A DNA stretch of 64,000 bases, from assembly GCA_051294905.1 (NCBI GenBank), contig CM119371.1, forward strand, positions 5,272,001 to 5,336,000, written 5' to 3'. The notes beneath the pieces were generated by a model that was not told the DNA's origin, made no database searches, and was given only the letters and a program-made list of their open reading frames with translations. Of the stretch, positions 26,533 to 37,126 are shown piece by piece. The translations under genes and the position numbers were made by a program. Each line of letters opens with the position of its first letter. The stretch's first letter is position 1. Source of the DNA: Botryllus schlosseri (Eukaryota).

Positions 26533-29500
26533 AGTAGTAAGGGGATCTACTTTTGTTGCAGGCCAATCAAATTTCGCCACGTCGCCCTAATTGCCACGCC
26601 TATATGACGCCCATTGCCGTACCTATAAGACACCCCTTGCCACATCATCCACCCATTGCCGCACCTATAGCACACCCATTGCCACTCATTGTTTTGTGAA
26701 TTTCAATACCGGTTTTCCATGTATATTTAGCAATATGTATTGAATAACTTGAAATGTATCATCACTAATTAATTAATATAAAATGCGATTTTAAGCGCTG
26801 CGACTTGAAAATATTAATATAATAAGTTACTTTTTTGGATATACATAACATTCAGATTACACATAAATTTCGAAAACTATGATGTCAATAGAATACTATA
26901 TTTGCCAGATATTCACAGATAACACTCATCAACGTTGAACTAGGCGCGGGGTTCTATGATGATATATCAAAATTCTACACATCATCACTAATTAATTAAT
27001 TCATATAAAATGCGATTTTGAGCGCAGACAGATCGCGGTTTCGATTGCCGAGGTCTCCGCATTTCATGACCTAATATGAACGCACACTATACAACTGAAT
27101 TCATTCCAATACCTGCAAATTTACTTTGCATGTCGAGTATAAGGATAATTTAATCAGCGCTAAACGCCAACGGACTAGCCGTAGGCGCACAATTCTCGGC
27201 GTTACAATTAAACAAACTTTTCGCGGCAGGTACGCGATTCCTAACGGTTTCTACAGTTTCCACATTTCACGACTTATTTTCTTTGGACGCATACAAGCGA
27301 TTCCCAAGGTCGAGGCTATGGAAACAAATCAAGCATGAGTACGTAAATCTTGAGCTTAGATCTCCGAGATTCTTGTATGCAACTAACATTATAGACAACC
27401 ATTCGACAATATTCAACCAGCAATAATGCTTTCGATATAGTGCATCATGTACAGCGACACGCTGATCAATTCAAATTCAACAATGGGATCCCCCCCGCAC
27501 AATTATGAAGCCCGTTGTTTGCTATAAGCCGGGAAATTAGAGTCGCTGCTTCGCACCATTTTACAGGCAGTCTCAGACACTTTGCTGCATCCGAGCTTCA
27601 TACTAATACATGCATAATTTTTGCATGACGAGAATACGGGTAATACGGTCAATAATTGCCGGAGGCGAGTCATTTAAACCTTGTTGCTAGATAATACCGC
27701 TTTCGGCTACAACAAAGTTGCCCTGCAACAAAAAATAGAAGCCCTAATGATCATGCAGAGGAAAGTTCAATTATACATCGAATTATTCGAATAGACTATC
27801 GACATTGTGTAGGTATGAAGTGAAATAGAACGGAGTTTACGCAAAAGTTGCTATTGATCATAGACCAAGCTTGCTTTCAGAGCTGGAAACTAAATGCATA
27901 TGAAAATTTACCTAGGTTTTCCCCACACGCATCAAATGTAGGCCTACTCAAGTGTTTATGAGGTGGCGAATAGTTCGAAGGTTTTTGGCATGCAAGGGTG
28001 TCACATAGAATTGTGGAGTTTTCTGTAAACTATAATCCAGTGATCGATTTTCAATCACTATATTTTTCATTAATATAAACTAAGTTACTGTTAGTAGGCA
28101 AACCCTAGGAAAGTATCCTCTGATAAAAGCAGGAGTATATTTGTTATCCGTGAAATAAATAGATGGTGCGCAATATGAGCGGTGCTGCGATGACTGACAA
28201 ATACTTTGAATTAATGTATAAAAGTAGCGATTTCGAACTACGTAAAAAGTTAGTCCAGCTCACGCAAGCGACAATTTGCGCGTTCTGAAGCCGTAAATTT
28301 ACTCAACAGCATTGAGATAGCCCTGATTTAAAGAAATTTCATCACACATCTAATGATGGAGCACCTTCAAAACTAACGCAGTCGAATACCGACTTTTACG
28401 CATATCTGTTTTGCATGAACATAGCGTATACCTAAACATAGTCAATTTTAATAACGGAATTACCATGCTAATAATCAAATCCCCAGCCTGAAACTTGGTA
28501 CGCAGTCGTAGGACATTATGAAAATACACCATACCAAACTTCGTCAGACATTTCATGATGTAACACCTTTAAAACTAACGCAGTTCTCTACAGACTTTTG
28601 CGTAAATCTGTTTTTCGGTATGCGATCGATGCATTAATGACTTTAATACTATGTACTTTAAATTATCCACACTTATGAGTCGAAATGTTGTTAAGTAACT
28701 CATGTTTTCAGCATAACCTAAAAGCAAAGTGGACGAATTTCCATGTTGATCAAATACCCCAAACACTGCTTGCTTTCATAGTTAGTAATTAAGCGCATCA
28801 CAGAATTTACCCAAAAAAGTCGGTACTCCGAAAATTTTGTAAAGTAGAGCTTTCGGCGTTGGACTTAAGTTCAAATGAACAAGTGTTCACGTAGGTTCGA
28901 GGTCTGAATGAGTCTTTTAAAGCATATAGAAACGAAAAAACTAATCTAAAAAATTTACGAAGTTTGGATGCGGCATATTTGGCTTTTTTAAAAATTATTT
29001 ATACCCACGATTCGAAATATTGTTAACTAACTTATGTTTTCGACATAAGATAAGCGTGAAGTGTACAAATTTCGATGTTGCGCAAATACCATAAACTTTT
29101 CTTGCTTTCAGAGCTGACAACTAAATGCAACACAGACTTTACGCAAAAAACTTATACTTGAGCACTACGAAATGTACAAGTACTTACCTTTACACGACGT
29201 TTTTTGTAAAATGAATACTAATTTTATTAAAAAATAAAATAGAGCGAAAAACTACATTTTATCCCGGAACGCAACATGAGAAATCGTTTCGATAATATCC
29301 AACATGGTGGTTCACTTCGAGGGTAATTTGATTTAGAAAATATTATACCGACATCGCGGCATCTTTTAAAAACAAAACCATGATCAATGCTTGAGAGACC
29401 ATTTTTGCTATTTTTCATTGACATAAGTCATTCTGGAACGCGAAAACGCATTGTACGATATAGATGAAAATCAAGCAAATCCTAGGATCCTCATTTTCAA

Positions 29501-29659
29501 AGTAGCTTAGATCTCGAAATAAGCTTTGACTCGCTATTCTCCTCAAACCATGGAATTATCACGAGTATCAGCACCTTCGATCACTGAAGAAAAAGATGAA
29601 ATTATATCCGAAGCATATTCCTTGACCAGGAATTTTATCATGTACGAACTCGACGGCTC

Positions 29660-32450
29660 ATGCTAATATGTGACTCCTCACCTTGAAACTTGGTACGTAG
29701 TTGTAGGAATTGTGATTATGCAGCATACCAAATTTCCTCACGCATTTCATAATGGAACAACTTTAAAACTAACGCGGTTCTACATCGACTTTTTGCGTAC
29801 ATCTGTTTTGCGTGGGGGCGTATAGCACGTACCTATACATAGTCAACTTTAACAACGGAATTACCATGCTTAACATTGAATCCCAACTCGAAACTTGATA
29901 CGTAGTTGTAGAACATTATGGCAATGCACCATGCTAAATTTCATCACACATCTAATGATGGAACACCTTTAAAACTAACGCAGTCGAATACCGACTTTTA
30001 CGCATATCTGTTTTGCGTGAACATAGCATATACCTATACATAGTCAATTTTAATAGCAGAATTACCATGTTAAACATTGAATTCCCACCTTGAAAGTTGG
30101 TACGCGGTTATAGGAGATTATAACAATGCACCATACCAAATCCCATCACACATTTCATGATGGAACAACTTTAAAACTAACGCGGCTCTACATCGACTTT
30201 TTGCGTACATCTGTTTTGCGGGAGCGTATAGCACGTAGCCTACCCATACATAGCCAACTTTAATAACGGAATTACCATGCTTAACATTGAATCCCAACTC
30301 GAAACTTGATACGTAGTTATAGGACATTATGGCAATTCACCATGCTAAATTTCATCACACATCTAATGATGGAACACCTTTGAAACTATCGCAGTCGAAT
30401 ACCAACTTTTACGCATATCTGTTTTTCGTGAACATAGCATATACCCATACATAGTCAATTTTAATAACAGAATTAGCATGCTAAACATTAAATTCTCACC
30501 TTGAACGTTGATACGCGGTTATAGGACATAATAACAATGCACCATACCAAATTTCGTCAGACATTTCATGATGTAATACCTTTAAAACCAACGCAGTTCT
30601 ATACAGACTTTTGGCTAAATCTGTTTTTCCGTAGCGTAGCACGTACCTATACATAGTAAACTTTAATAACGGATTTAGCATGTTAATAATCGACTTAGTT
30701 TAAATAAAATACGGAATATAAACTAATCGAAAAATTCGGTAACCAATTTCGCGTAGGCTATGCATGCATACAAATGAGGAAAGTTACATCAACGCGTGTT
30801 AAAGTAGCTTTATCGAGTTATCGAATGATTTTTCCTTACATCAAAACAACTAGAATGTAGAACTAAATTAAAAAACGTATCTAAATGAGCTCCAGGGCAT
30901 TGTGATTATGCTGCATACCAAATTTCATCACACATTTCATGATGGAACAACTTTAAAACTAACGCAGTTCTATAGCAACTTTTGCCTAAATCTCTTTTCG
31001 GTAGCGTGTACATATACATAGTCAGATTTAATAACAGAATTATCATGCTAATATGTGACTCCTCACCTTGAAACTTGGTACGTAGTTGTAGGACATTGTG
31101 ATTATGCAGCATACTAAATTTCTTCACGCATTTCATAATGGAACAACTTTAAAACTAACGCGGTTCTACATCGACTTTTTGCGTTCATCTGTTTTGCGTG
31201 GTGGCGTATAGCACGTACCTATACATAGTCAACTTTAACAACGGAATTACCATGCTTAACATTGAATCCCAACTCGAAACTTGATACGTAGTTGTAGGAC
31301 ATTATGGCAATGCACCATGCTAAATTTCATCACACATCTAATAATGGAACACCTTTAAAACTAACGCAGTCGAATACCGACTTTTACGCATATCTGTTTT
31401 GCGTGAACATAGCATATACCTATACATAGTCAATTTTAATAGCAGAATTACCATGTTAAACATTGAATTCCCACCTTGAAAGTTGGTACGCGGTTATAGG
31501 AGATTATAAAATGCACCATACCAAATCCCATCACACATTTCATGATGGAACAACTTTAAAACTAACGCGGCTCTACATCGACTTTTTGCGTACATCTGTT
31601 TTGCGGGAGCGTATAGCACGTAGCCTACCCATACATAACCAAATTTAATAACGGAATTACCATGCTTAACATTGAATCCCAACTCGAAACTTGATACGTA
31701 GTTATAGGACATTATGGCAATTCACCATGCTAAATTTCATCACACATCTAATGATGGAACACCTTTGAAACTATCGCAGTCGAATACCAACTTTTACGCA
31801 TATCTGTTTTTCGTGAACATAGCATATACCCATACATAGTCAATTTTAATAACAGAATTAGCATGCTAAACATTAAATTCTCACCTTGAACGTTGATACG
31901 CGGTTGTAGGACATAATAACAATGCACCATTCCAAATTTCGTCAGACATTTCATGATGTAACACCTTTAAAACCAACGCAGTTCTATACAGACTTTTGGC
32001 TAAATCTGTTTTTCCGTAGCGTAGCACGTACCTATACATAGTCAACTTTAATAACGGATTTAGCATGTTAATAATCGACTCCCCACCTTGAAACTCGGTA
32101 CGCAGTTGTAAGACATTATGAAAATGCACCATGTCAAATTTTGTTACGCATTTCTTGATTGAACAACTTTAAAACTAACGCAGTTCCATACCGACTTTTG
32201 CGAGTGCGTAGCACGTACCTATATGCATACTCAACTTTCATAACGGAATTACCGAGCTAAACATTGAATGCGCAACTTGAAGATTGGTTCACAGGTGTAG
32301 GGCAGTATGACAATGGAACACATCAAATTTCATCACACATTTCATGATGGAACACCTTTAAAACTAACGCAGTTCTATACCAACCTCGCGTGAATCTGTT
32401 TGCGGGAGCGCAGCACGTACCTATGCGTGATCAACTTTAGTGTTGGAATT
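29660..32450. repeat. Degenerate ~200-209-bp tandem repeat array in the left arm (13 units, plus 2 more at ~28335-28620)
   Basis: An AAAACTAACGC-like anchor recurs at 29765, 29971, 30173, 30382, 30584, 30955, 31151, 31357, 31558, 31767, 31969, 32171 and 32360. Confidence 0.9.
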
Positions 32451-32624
32451 ACATATGTAATTAAGTTTCAACACTTTTACAATGTTTCGTCTTGCTTCCT
32501 ATAACATCCCACTCGAGAAAATGCGTCGTAGGATATAGATGAAACTAGCACCACTCATCAAGACCGCTGAAAACAGTACATTTCAACATTTAGTAGCAGT
32601 AAATTTCTAGTAAAGTACAAGACA

Positions 32625-33389
32625 ATACTGCCAACGGTCGTTCAGATAGGATTCTTGCGATTTCGCACGAGAATCTATAAGCCACTTCCAGTTAGATGTT
32701 TCAAATGCAGCCGATTCGGTCACCGGGCAAAACACTGTAGAAGTACACAACGATGCACTAAATGTGGTGGTAGACATGAGTACTCGGCATGTCAGAATGC
32801 ACCCCGCTGCGTAAACTGCGGTGAAGCACACTCGGCGGGCTACACAGGATGCAGACGCTACAGACATGAGGTACAAGTCAATGCCATTATGGCGAACGAA
32901 AAGGTTAATTATTGGGAGGCGAATAAAATGATACAGACGCGAACGGCCACAGTAAACATACACTCTCCACAGGAATTTCCTCCATTGCCTAGCAATAACC
33001 TCCCACATTATGCGGATCAAACGATACTTCCAGCTGCGGCACTCGCAACATGCATGCGACCGGCTCCTGCTTCGCAAGAGCCAGTTGCCACAATACAATC
33101 CGACACGATAACTATATCAAAAACTAGCTTCTTCAAATTCATCGCAGATGTTATGAAGAATACTTTACTAGATTTCAATCAAGGTAAACAACTCGACATA
33201 GAGGCAATAGTCGCTAAATCAGCAGAAGGGATTTTCGGATTCCCCACTTCAGAATTGACTAGGTTTCCCACCACACAATCGCAACCCGATGGCGTGTTGG
33301 ATCTTACGAAAGCGACGCACCACGATTCTCTTCCACCTCACAATATAGTCGACGAACATTCTCCGGGAAATAAATCACCGCCTTCATGA
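32625..33389 (+). CDS. LINE ORF1 (gag-like), N-terminally truncated
   Basis: Open from the insertion junction (ILPTVVQIGFLRFRTRIYKPLPVR), followed by three CCHC knuckles: CFKCSRFGHRAKHC, CTKCGGRHEYSAC and CVNCGEAHSAGYTGC. Confidence 0.88.
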   Translation: MLPTVVQIGFLRFRTRIYKPLPVRCFKCSRFGHRAKHCRSTQRCTKCGGRHEYSACQNAPRCVNCGEAHSAGYTGCRRYRHEVQVNAIMANEKVNYWEANKMIQTRTATVNIHSPQEFPPLPSNNLPHYADQTILPAAALATCMRPAPASQEPVATIQSDTITISKTSFFKFIADVMKNTLLDFNQGKQLDIEAIVAKSAEGIFGFPTSELTRFPTTQSQPDGVLDLTKATHHDSLPPHNIVDEHSPGNKSPPS

Positions 33390-36300
33390 TACCTTTATCC
33401 ATTTTTCAATGGAACTGTCGTGGTATATATCACAAGCTACACGAATTGAAACACTTATTGACAAACTCGGCTGTGAAACCCGACATTATAGCCATCCAAG
33501 AATCTCACCTAGTATCCAAATACGTGCCTGTTATACATGGCTATTCCCTCGTAAGAAAAGATAGAGACGTTAATGGTGGAGGTGTGTGCTTCTTCATCAG
33601 CAATATGATTAAATTCGTTGAAATTCCTCTCCACGGTTACTCGCCAATTGAAGTGTTAGCAATAGAGGTAGAAGGGACACGCATATACAACGTTTACGTA
33701 CCCCCAGGAAGAGCTATATCACGAGATTTATTCTACCGTATCTTCGCCCAACACAGTAATAAATGCATTTATCTAGGTGATTTCAACGCTCATCATCCGA
33801 TGTTTAAGAGCATTCGCACAAATTCTTACGGTCGTCACCTCAACGCGGCGATGGATCGTTTTGATTTGGTTGCGCTGAACACAGACGTGCCAACCCGAGT
33901 GAACTTTTCCCTTAACGCGACGCAACGGCACAGCATACTTGACCTGACGCTGGCCACTCCCGACATTGCCCACCGAATTTCTACTACGGTCACAGACAGC
34001 CTGCTGGGCAGCGATCATTATATCATTATTAATGAAATCGACACAACTACCGACCGGACCCCTGAATGTCATGTTGAATCGTGGGCTCTGAAACGTGCCA
34101 ACTGGCAAAAATTCGCCGTTCTGTGCAACCAAGAACTTGAAGGATCTGCCCAGAACTCGCTGACGGTGGAAGATTTCACCAGAATACTCATCTCCACAGC
34201 CGCAATCTGTATCCCGACAACAAAGCCCCGTAAGAAGCCCATGATGCCGTGGTGGAACGATGCCTGCTCGCGGGCAATCAGGTTGAAGAAAGCTGCCTTC
34301 AAAAAAATGAAGCTCACATTCCGGGAAGACGCAATAATCTTATTTAAAAGGCGCAGGGCAGAGGCCAGAAAAACAATATTGGAGACTAAGAAAACATTTT
34401 GGCGGTCATTTTGCAACTCCCTTGATAAAAATTGCAAATTATCCAAAGTATGGAGAATAGCCAAATCTATGAATGGTTACAAAACTTGGAGCCATATCAG
34501 CGTGTTGTCGCACAACGGAGCTACGGTTAAAGGAGACATAAATATCGCAAACACCCTAGCAAAACAATTTCGCTCTGTTAGCAGCGATGAAAACTACGAT
34601 CCGACATTTCGAAACCAACGCCTCTCGATTGAGAAATCCTTCCGCGACAACGAAGCAACGGCTGCAGTGCAAAGTAGCTTGTCACCGGTCGATATCAATT
34701 CAGAATTCACAATGGTCGAACTGAAGAATGTTCTCAAAACACGAAAAAGCACAGCCCCTGGTGTCGACAGAGTATGTCAGCAAATGCTTGCAAACCTGCC
34801 TGAAGATTGCTTATCCGTACTGATCGGCATCATAAACGAATCGTGGAGAACCGGCAAATGCCCACAATCTTGGAAGCACGCTATCGTTGTACCAATTCCC
34901 AAGCCTGGTAAACCGAAAGAATCCGTTTCCTCGTACAGGCCCATTTCCCTCACGAGCAATTTATGTAAGAGTGTCGAACGAATGATCAATTACAGATTGA
35001 AATGGTGGCTTGATAGCAAAAAATTACTCCATCCCGCGCTCAGCGGGTTTCGAAGTAGACGTTCAGCAAAAGATTGTATCATGAGTCTACATGACGATGT
35101 CTACAAGTCCATATGGAACCAGCGATCAACAATAGCTGTGTTCATAGACTTAGAGAAAGCGTATGACATGGTTTGGATAAATGGACTAATCCACAAGCTA
35201 CACGGTCAGGGTTTGCGAGGAAACATACTAGACTGGTTGAGGTCGTTCTTATCGGATAGAAAATTTCAGGTTCGCGTGGGGTCTTCTTATTCGGACATAT
35301 TTCCGCTAGAAAACGGTCTTCCTCAGGGCAGCGTTTTAAGCCCGATCATGTACAACCTCATGATGAACGATCTGCCTGATCAAATTGAATCAAGCATCAA
35401 TATATTCGCAGATGATATATGTTTGTGGGAGACTGGTCTCAATATCGAACACATTGCCACTTCACTCCAGGCGTCATTGGAGAAGTTGTCAGATTGGTGT
35501 AAAAAATGGGGATTTCGAATAAATGCAAATAAATGCTCCTCTATGATATTCACCAAAAAACGTAAATTACCAGATGTCCGACTGAAAATAGATGGGATAA
35601 CCGTGCCTATCAGTAATGAATTTAAATATCTCGGGGTCGTATTCGATAAACGATTATCCTATAAAGCGCACACCAATGTAGTTGCAGCGAAATGCGTTGC
35701 GCGATTGAATTTGCTACGTTTCCTAAGTGGCACCACTTGGGGAGCGTCCAAGGAATGTTTAATGACGATTTATAGAGTACTTATACGGTCAGTGATCGAG
35801 TATGGCTTTGAGGCATATATGTTTAGCCCAAAATACAATTCAAACCGTATCCAGTGGATACAAAACGCCGCCTTGAGAATTTGTTGCGGGGCAATGAAAA
35901 GCACCCCGATTTGTACACTCCAACATACAACGAATGAATTGCCGATTCACATTCGCCACCGCAGAGCTTGCTTAATATACAAGTGCTACGTCCGATCTCA
36001 CCCAACGCATCCATGTCGGCCACTATGCGAGAACTCTTGGCACGAAATTTTCCCAGATTCGATCAAGTTTACCACTTTTAATATGTACACTCAAATATCA
36101 AGCATAAGGGGACTTGACATTGCGGTTCCCAGCCCAATTTCCCTTCCACCATGGATTGACCTACCGGTAAAAGTTGATACATGTCTTCGAAGTTTGGCTT
36201 ATCACCACCCTAACTCACCGTTCGGACGTGAGTGTCAAGACTACGTAGAAACCAACTATGACTTATATTTACAAATATATACTGATGGCTCCAAAATGGA

Positions 36301-37126
36301 CAGCGGATGTGGTAGTAGTTTTCATGTCAATCTTTTGAACATCTCCTCGAAATTTCGAATCCCCAAAACAAGATCTATATTTACAGCAGAGTTGTTTGCG
36401 ATCTACAAAGCTCTGGAATGGGTTTCCGGACAATGCGAGCCGCCAAGTCATAATAGTATAGCCATTCTTTCGGATAGTCTAAGCGCTTTGGACGCGATAC
36501 AGCACCGTTCCTCGACTCATCATTTAATTTCCAAAATATTCGATGTATGCTTAGATCTCTTAAAAAGAGAAATTATTATTGCTTTTATATGGATTCCAGG
36601 TCACGAAGGCGTCGGTTTCAATCACGTCGCAGACACCCTCGCAAAGGAGGCCGCCGGGGGCGAAGCAGGAGTCAACGACGAAGAAAGTCTGAAAATAACA
36701 CTATCGGAATGCAAGACTATCATAAACGAGCAATCCGAAAGGTGGTGGACCTCCGAGTTCAATGCGGCAGAGACTGGTTTGCACTATCGACGCTTCACTG
36801 AAGACAAAGAAACCACAAAGGAAATGAATAAGCTGGATAAACAATATAGTACAACGCTATTTAGACTCCAGACAGGCCATTGCAAACTCAACGGACACCT
36901 GTACCGTATTGGGTGCCATGATGATGGACTATGTGAAATTTGTTACTCGGAGGAATCGGTCGAACACTTCTTGATCCAGTGCAGCAGATACGACGACCAC
37001 CGAACTTCACTTAAAAGAGCCGCCGAACAATTAGGCATATGTTTTGTACTGGACAATTTATTATCTGACCCCAGAATGCTTATAAAAGTAGTGGAATTTG
37101 TAAATGCCACCGGGCGAGTCATCTGA
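33386..37126 (+). CDS. LINE ORF2: APE endonuclease, reverse transcriptase, RNase H and C-terminal zinc knuckle (1246 aa, uninterrupted)
   Basis: APE motifs QWNCRG, IQESH, GDFNAH, SDH. RT motifs YRPISLTS, PQGSVLSP, FADD, YLGV. RNase H motifs YTDGSK, AELFAI, SDSLSAL, WIPGH..N..AD.LAK. C-terminal CEIC..ESVEHFLIQC. Confidence 0.96.
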   Translation: MIPLSIFQWNCRGIYHKLHELKHLLTNSAVKPDIIAIQESHLVSKYVPVIHGYSLVRKDRDVNGGGVCFFISNMIKFVEIPLHGYSPIEVLAIEVEGTRIYNVYVPPGRAISRDLFYRIFAQHSNKCIYLGDFNAHHPMFKSIRTNSYGRHLNAAMDRFDLVALNTDVPTRVNFSLNATQRHSILDLTLATPDIAHRISTTVTDSLLGSDHYIIINEIDTTTDRTPECHVESWALKRANWQKFAVLCNQELEGSAQNSLTVEDFTRILISTAAICIPTTKPRKKPMMPWWNDACSRAIRLKKAAFKKMKLTFREDAIILFKRRRAEARKTILETKKTFWRSFCNSLDKNCKLSKVWRIAKSMNGYKTWSHISVLSHNGATVKGDINIANTLAKQFRSVSSDENYDPTFRNQRLSIEKSFRDNEATAAVQSSLSPVDINSEFTMVELKNVLKTRKSTAPGVDRVCQQMLANLPEDCLSVLIGIINESWRTGKCPQSWKHAIVVPIPKPGKPKESVSSYRPISLTSNLCKSVERMINYRLKWWLDSKKLLHPALSGFRSRRSAKDCIMSLHDDVYKSIWNQRSTIAVFIDLEKAYDMVWINGLIHKLHGQGLRGNILDWLRSFLSDRKFQVRVGSSYSDIFPLENGLPQGSVLSPIMYNLMMNDLPDQIESSINIFADDICLWETGLNIEHIATSLQASLEKLSDWCKKWGFRINANKCSSMIFTKKRKLPDVRLKIDGITVPISNEFKYLGVVFDKRLSYKAHTNVVAAKCVARLNLLRFLSGTTWGASKECLMTIYRVLIRSVIEYGFEAYMFSPKYNSNRIQWIQNAALRICCGAMKSTPICTLQHTTNELPIHIRHRRACLIYKCYVRSHPTHPCRPLCENSWHEIFPDSIKFTTFNMYTQISSIRGLDIAVPSPISLPPWIDLPVKVDTCLRSLAYHHPNSPFGRECQDYVETNYDLYLQIYTDGSKMDSGCGSSFHVNLLNISSKFRIPKTRSIFTAELFAIYKALEWVSGQCEPPSHNSIAILSDSLSALDAIQHRSSTHHLISKIFDVCLDLLKREIIIAFIWIPGHEGVGFNHVADTLAKEAAGGEAGVNDEESLKITLSECKTIINEQSERWWTSEFNAAETGLHYRRFTEDKETTKEMNKLDKQYSTTLFRLQTGHCKLNGHLYRIGCHDDGLCEICYSEESVEHFLIQCSRYDDHRTSLKRAAEQLGICFVLDNLLSDPRMLIKVVEFVNATGRVI

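Noticed and set aside
29660..32450. Regularly spaced repeats next to a reverse transcriptase, suggestive of a CRISPR array or a retron/DGR-like system
   Set aside because: The whole ~203-bp unit is repeated with no unique spacers, there are no cas genes, the context is eukaryotic, and the RT is a standard LINE ORF2 that inserted later into one arm only.
32607..36801. Antisense and alternative-frame ORFs within the LINE
   Set aside because: They overlap a clearly coding ORF1/ORF2 and have no motifs of their own.
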